Below, in pieces: positions 60,206-64,000 of a stretch of DNA of 64,000 nt (positions within the stretch are counted from its first letter, which is position 1; each line of letters starts with the position of its first letter). The notes below the pieces were generated by a model. The model had not been told where the DNA came from and did not search any database. It worked only from the letters and a program-made list of their open reading frames with translations. This DNA is from Nemertoderma westbladi (taxonomy: Eukaryota; Animalia; Xenacoelomorpha): positions 25,740 to 89,739 of the forward strand of contig JAUCBJ010008984.1 of NCBI GenBank assembly GCA_032718475.1. Direction: 5' to 3'. Both the position numbers and the translations under genes were made by a program.

Positions 60206-60893
60206 GGTTGTAGGACAATTCGGTCCCGGACAATTCGGTCTGGACAATTCGGTCCCGGACAATTCGGTCCCAAAACACTAAATGAATGGGACCGAATTGT
60301 CAGGTTCCTGATAGCAACTTTTTAGTGTTTCTTTTTATATTGGTGAATGTTCTAGAACATTAGTAGAAATATTTTTTATGGTAGCTAGTGTTATTTACTT
60401 GCTAGAACTTTTCGAAATTTTAAAAATACTGTATTTTTAATACTATTATTATTATTATATTTTAAATACTGTATTTGTATTTTTTTTACTAGCTAGAATT
60501 TCCTTGAAATTATAAAAACACTTGTGAAAACATTGATATTTCAGAATTAGGCCTAAACCGTTGCTGATTATATTAATTACCAACAATATTGATGATATTA
60601 TAACAGTCCCTGAATGAGATCCAGCTATTATCTAGGATAATAATTTAGGCTTGTTAACCAACCAACAACACATACACATACGCAATATATAAAAAAAATC
60701 AGTTTTAAACGTTTTAAATACATACCATTACTAGCTAGTAAAAAAAAACACTAGCTAACATATAATAATATCTATTAAGGTTCTAGAACATTCACCATTA
60801 TATAGTACCAATTAAATTTGGTCCCGGACAATTCGGTCCCAAAACACAAAATTAATGGGACCGAATTGTCCGGGACCGAATTTTCCTGCTTCC
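60206..60893. mobile_element. Non-autonomous Mutator-like element with 15-bp subterminal repeats
   Basis: Inverted ends built of ggacaattcggtccc units; 9-bp TSD gtaacagct (60197-60205) / gtaacatct (60894-60902). Confidence 0.78.
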
Positions 60894-61581
60894 GTAACAT
60901 CTTACAGTTTTATTATGTCAATAATATGTGTAAGACAGGAGGATCGTTAATCACATTGTAATTAACTGTAGAATAATGATAAAAAGACCACTGAAATATA
61001 ATATAATTACAGTTTAAATAAACTTGTGAGGATAACTCTAATCGCGCCTACAAGGCATTGATGTTATGATAAAAGGCATTCTAGTGAGAGAATAATAGAA
61101 ATAAAACATTTCACACAAACTTTTATTCCATATTGGTACATCAAATTCAAAATTATTCCATAAATGGTAGTTACAGTATGCATAAAGTAGCATAGTAACA
61201 TGCTAACACATACTATTGCATTGGGCCGTGTTACATAACGTCCTTTTAAAATATATAAATTTATTTCACAAAAAATATAAAGTTTAATGGGTCTCAATTA
61301 GTGTATTTTACTAATTACACTGATCAAAATATCGATTCCGGAAAATCCTTAAATAATATAACTAAGAACTTACTTATTTAAGTTGAGGAGAGAAGAAAAA
61401 CGCAGACGATTGTTTTTCCCAGTAGAATTGCATAGACAGGCTAAGTCTGGGGAAAGTAGAATTTTCATCGAGTTGACTACAGCCTCCCTAGTTGATCCAT
61501 TACCAATCCTTCGTTTTAGATACTTGACCTAACAGGATTAATGTGACAATATGACGTATGTTATTTATTTAAAAATATAAC

Positions 61582-63141
61582 TAGGGATGTCCCGGAATTC
61601 CGTTGCGGCCGGAATTCCGGCGGTTTTTGCCCAATTCCGGTTCCGGCCGGAATTGCCGGAATGGGGTCAATTCCGGCCGGAATTTTACCGGAATTGCCAG
61701 GTTCCTAACTAGTTTGATAGTTGCACATTTTGCACGTTGGCACGCAGTGCTTTGCAGTTGCACGTTTGATATGTAACACATTTCCAAAAACATTTCACCT
61801 GGTAATCAAACTAAAATGGTCCCACCATATGTTACACCACCTACTGTAGTATTCATATACAATTCACAATAACCATCGTAATTTACATTAACTAATGAAA
61901 TGCATCAATAGGCCCGTGCCCCACTGGTCAGAATGTCAAAATGAATGCCTCATTGCTCCATTGGTAACACAAGTCATAAGTCATTTGATAAAAAATATAA
62001 GGTGCATCTCACATTTACTGCATATTTATACGCAAAGTAACCAATCACAGGCCTCTTGCCGGATATAACACATGAGTCATGTGTCAAAAGATGGAACATC
62101 GGACATAATCACTTTCGACTAATAGGTCGTAACTTACGATTTGCCAGTGGAGACGCCCCCATTGAAACCAACGTGTTCCATAATTTATTCTGACTAAGAC
62201 TACCTTCATAAGACTTACCAGTGGAGCACGGGCCTTAAATAGTGGTTTTTCCAATTTGCTTTTTACAATTTGCTTATAAAATGACGTTTTTTAGATTGAT
62301 CTTACAATATTTTACATTGATTTTTACATTATTTTACATTGATTTTATATTATTTTACTTTGAATTTATTATTAAATAATATGATAATATTATGTTTGGT
62401 ATTGTCCAACGTAACATATAGGATGACCCCTAAAGATTTGCAGCTTATTTCCATGGGGGTCCTTTATGTTACTTGGTTACAAATACAATATTACACAATT
62501 ACAATTACTACTCTAACCTAAATCTAATATAAACGTTATTACAATACGTACAGGTCCTGCGAGTGGTCTTTAGTTCAGTTCTGCGTCGAAGGTGCTGCAT
62601 AATATAGTATAATTTATTTACAGCAAAGCTATTTCTTACCATAAATCTATTTATTCCCAGCAATAATTAAACTGTACTATTGGCCTCGTTTATTGTTTTG
62701 GTTCGAATAACATGTCACTGTAACATGTTCCTTTCCCTTAAAGACACCAGAATATTGCACCAAAGGACCTAATGACGCGAATCCATAGGTTTTTGTTTAA
62801 CGTAGGTTTTTAGGTATGAGTCTAAATGCTAATAACGTAACTTTTGGCCAAAGTTATAGATTTTAGAAAAAAATTGTATTGAATTCCCTGTCGTTCAATG
62901 CCGAAGTCCCATCCCGTCCCCATAAACGGCCATAACGGCCCAGGCCATCTTCCACTCCACCCACTTTATTTTCCCCCAAGGTTCTGATTCATCTCATTAG
63001 CAAACTTAGCTTTAGAAATTAAAAAAATTCATTTGTTTTACAAAAAATTGTAAAGTTTCTTGGGTCATTTAGTGTATTTCACTAATTATAGAAAATTCCG
63101 GTTCCGGTCGGAATCAAAATATCGATTCCGGGACATCCCTA
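61582..63141. mobile_element. Non-autonomous hAT element
   Basis: TIR tagggatgtcccggaat / attccgggacatcccta; perfect 8-bp TSD aatataac; ccggaa subterminal repeats. Confidence 0.9.
61911..62234. mobile_element. Harbinger-like MITE nested in the hAT element
   Basis: TIR ggcccgtgccccactggt / accagtggagcacgggcc; flanks ata / tta. Confidence 0.7.
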
Positions 63142-63572
63142 AATATAACTGTTTTATAATACAGATTAAACTATATCTAGTATAATCAATATGTAACTTT
63201 TCCAACCTGAGAAAGATAAGTAATATTTCGCAACAACAGCACCCCTGGCATGCGTATGTGACATGCAATTATTAAGCACTTTTTTTCAACAATAACCACT
63301 CAATTAAAAAAAAATTTCAATAATAAAATTACTTTTTTTATCTTATACCTTTTTAGCTTTTTATCCTTAAAATTATCAAAATAATCAAATAATCAAATTT
63401 ATTTCAGAACTAGAAAACAACTTGGCCCGAAGAAAATGCACCCAATGAATGACGTCACTGTTCTCAACAAGGGCCCTCTAACATTTTGTTAACTCGTGAC
63501 AAGACCTTCACACCCCCCCCCCCCCCCCCCCCCCCCTAAAAATCTAACTAAAAATCATGTGGCAGTACTAAC

Positions 63573-63772
63573 AGCTAATAGACGCGGCATGCGGTCTGCA
63601 AACACCTGGTCGAGATTACGAAGTTCCTCGGTGGTTGTTAGAGGAACTTGGATGGCAAAGGGCCACATATCCTCACTATCCTTGGGATATGTTATCCTTG
63701 AAATATGATTTTCAAATGACTTGCGAAATTCTCTGAACTCCTCCCGAAATGAAATAAATTCCATTCTACATC
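63573..63772 (-). CDS. Possible exon, DUF4806-like (transposon-associated)
   Basis: VPLTTTEELRNLDQ resembles the DUF4806 PL.T.EEL motif; bounded by tttcttag and gttagt splice-like sites. Confidence 0.3.
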
Positions 63773-64000
63773 CCTAAGAAATATAACATAAGTTGTAATT
63801 TAAATTGAGGAGTAATAATAATTAATAATAATAGTTATAAATAATATATATAAATAATTACTATTAATTCATCAAATTAATCATGTATCATTACTATAAT
63901 ACTATTGTATGTTGTTATCTGTTTATACACTTTTTCATTATTATCATGTTATTTTTTCGCGAATTTACATGATTATTTCATGCACGAGTTAACTCGGGAT

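Noticed and set aside
11384-63537. Poly-C/G tracts at about 11384, 13847, 58198 and 63513
   Set aside because: Simple homopolymers of uncertain length with no shared context

Overview
AT-rich eukaryotic DNA, most likely from an invertebrate animal, and dominated by repeats. Five large tandem arrays (48, 52, 40-45 GC-rich, 40 and 66-77 bp units) and several minisatellites surround three recognisable host genes: a CCDC59/TAP26-like gene (two spliceable exons visible), NPRL2 (two exons) and an RPL5 with no intron in its CDS. Two young full-length LTR retrotransposons, one BEL/Pao and one divergent Ty3/Gypsy, each sit inside a satellite. The window also holds decayed RTE and CR1/L2-group LINEs, tRNA-derived SINEs with a Nin/Deu-like core, and non-autonomous hAT, MULE-like and Harbinger-like elements. 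Three observations stand out. (1) The intact Gypsy-like element has no TG..CA ends, no clear TSD and no TGG-type PBS; instead it carries a 12-nt match to the 5' end of tRNA-Lys and an FRDD RT motif. (2) A ~9.8-kb satellite starts with a unit formed by the last codons and stop of the CCDC59-like gene. (3) Otherwise unrelated satellites share a CGTTAC core. All identifications come from reading motifs by eye; no searches were run.
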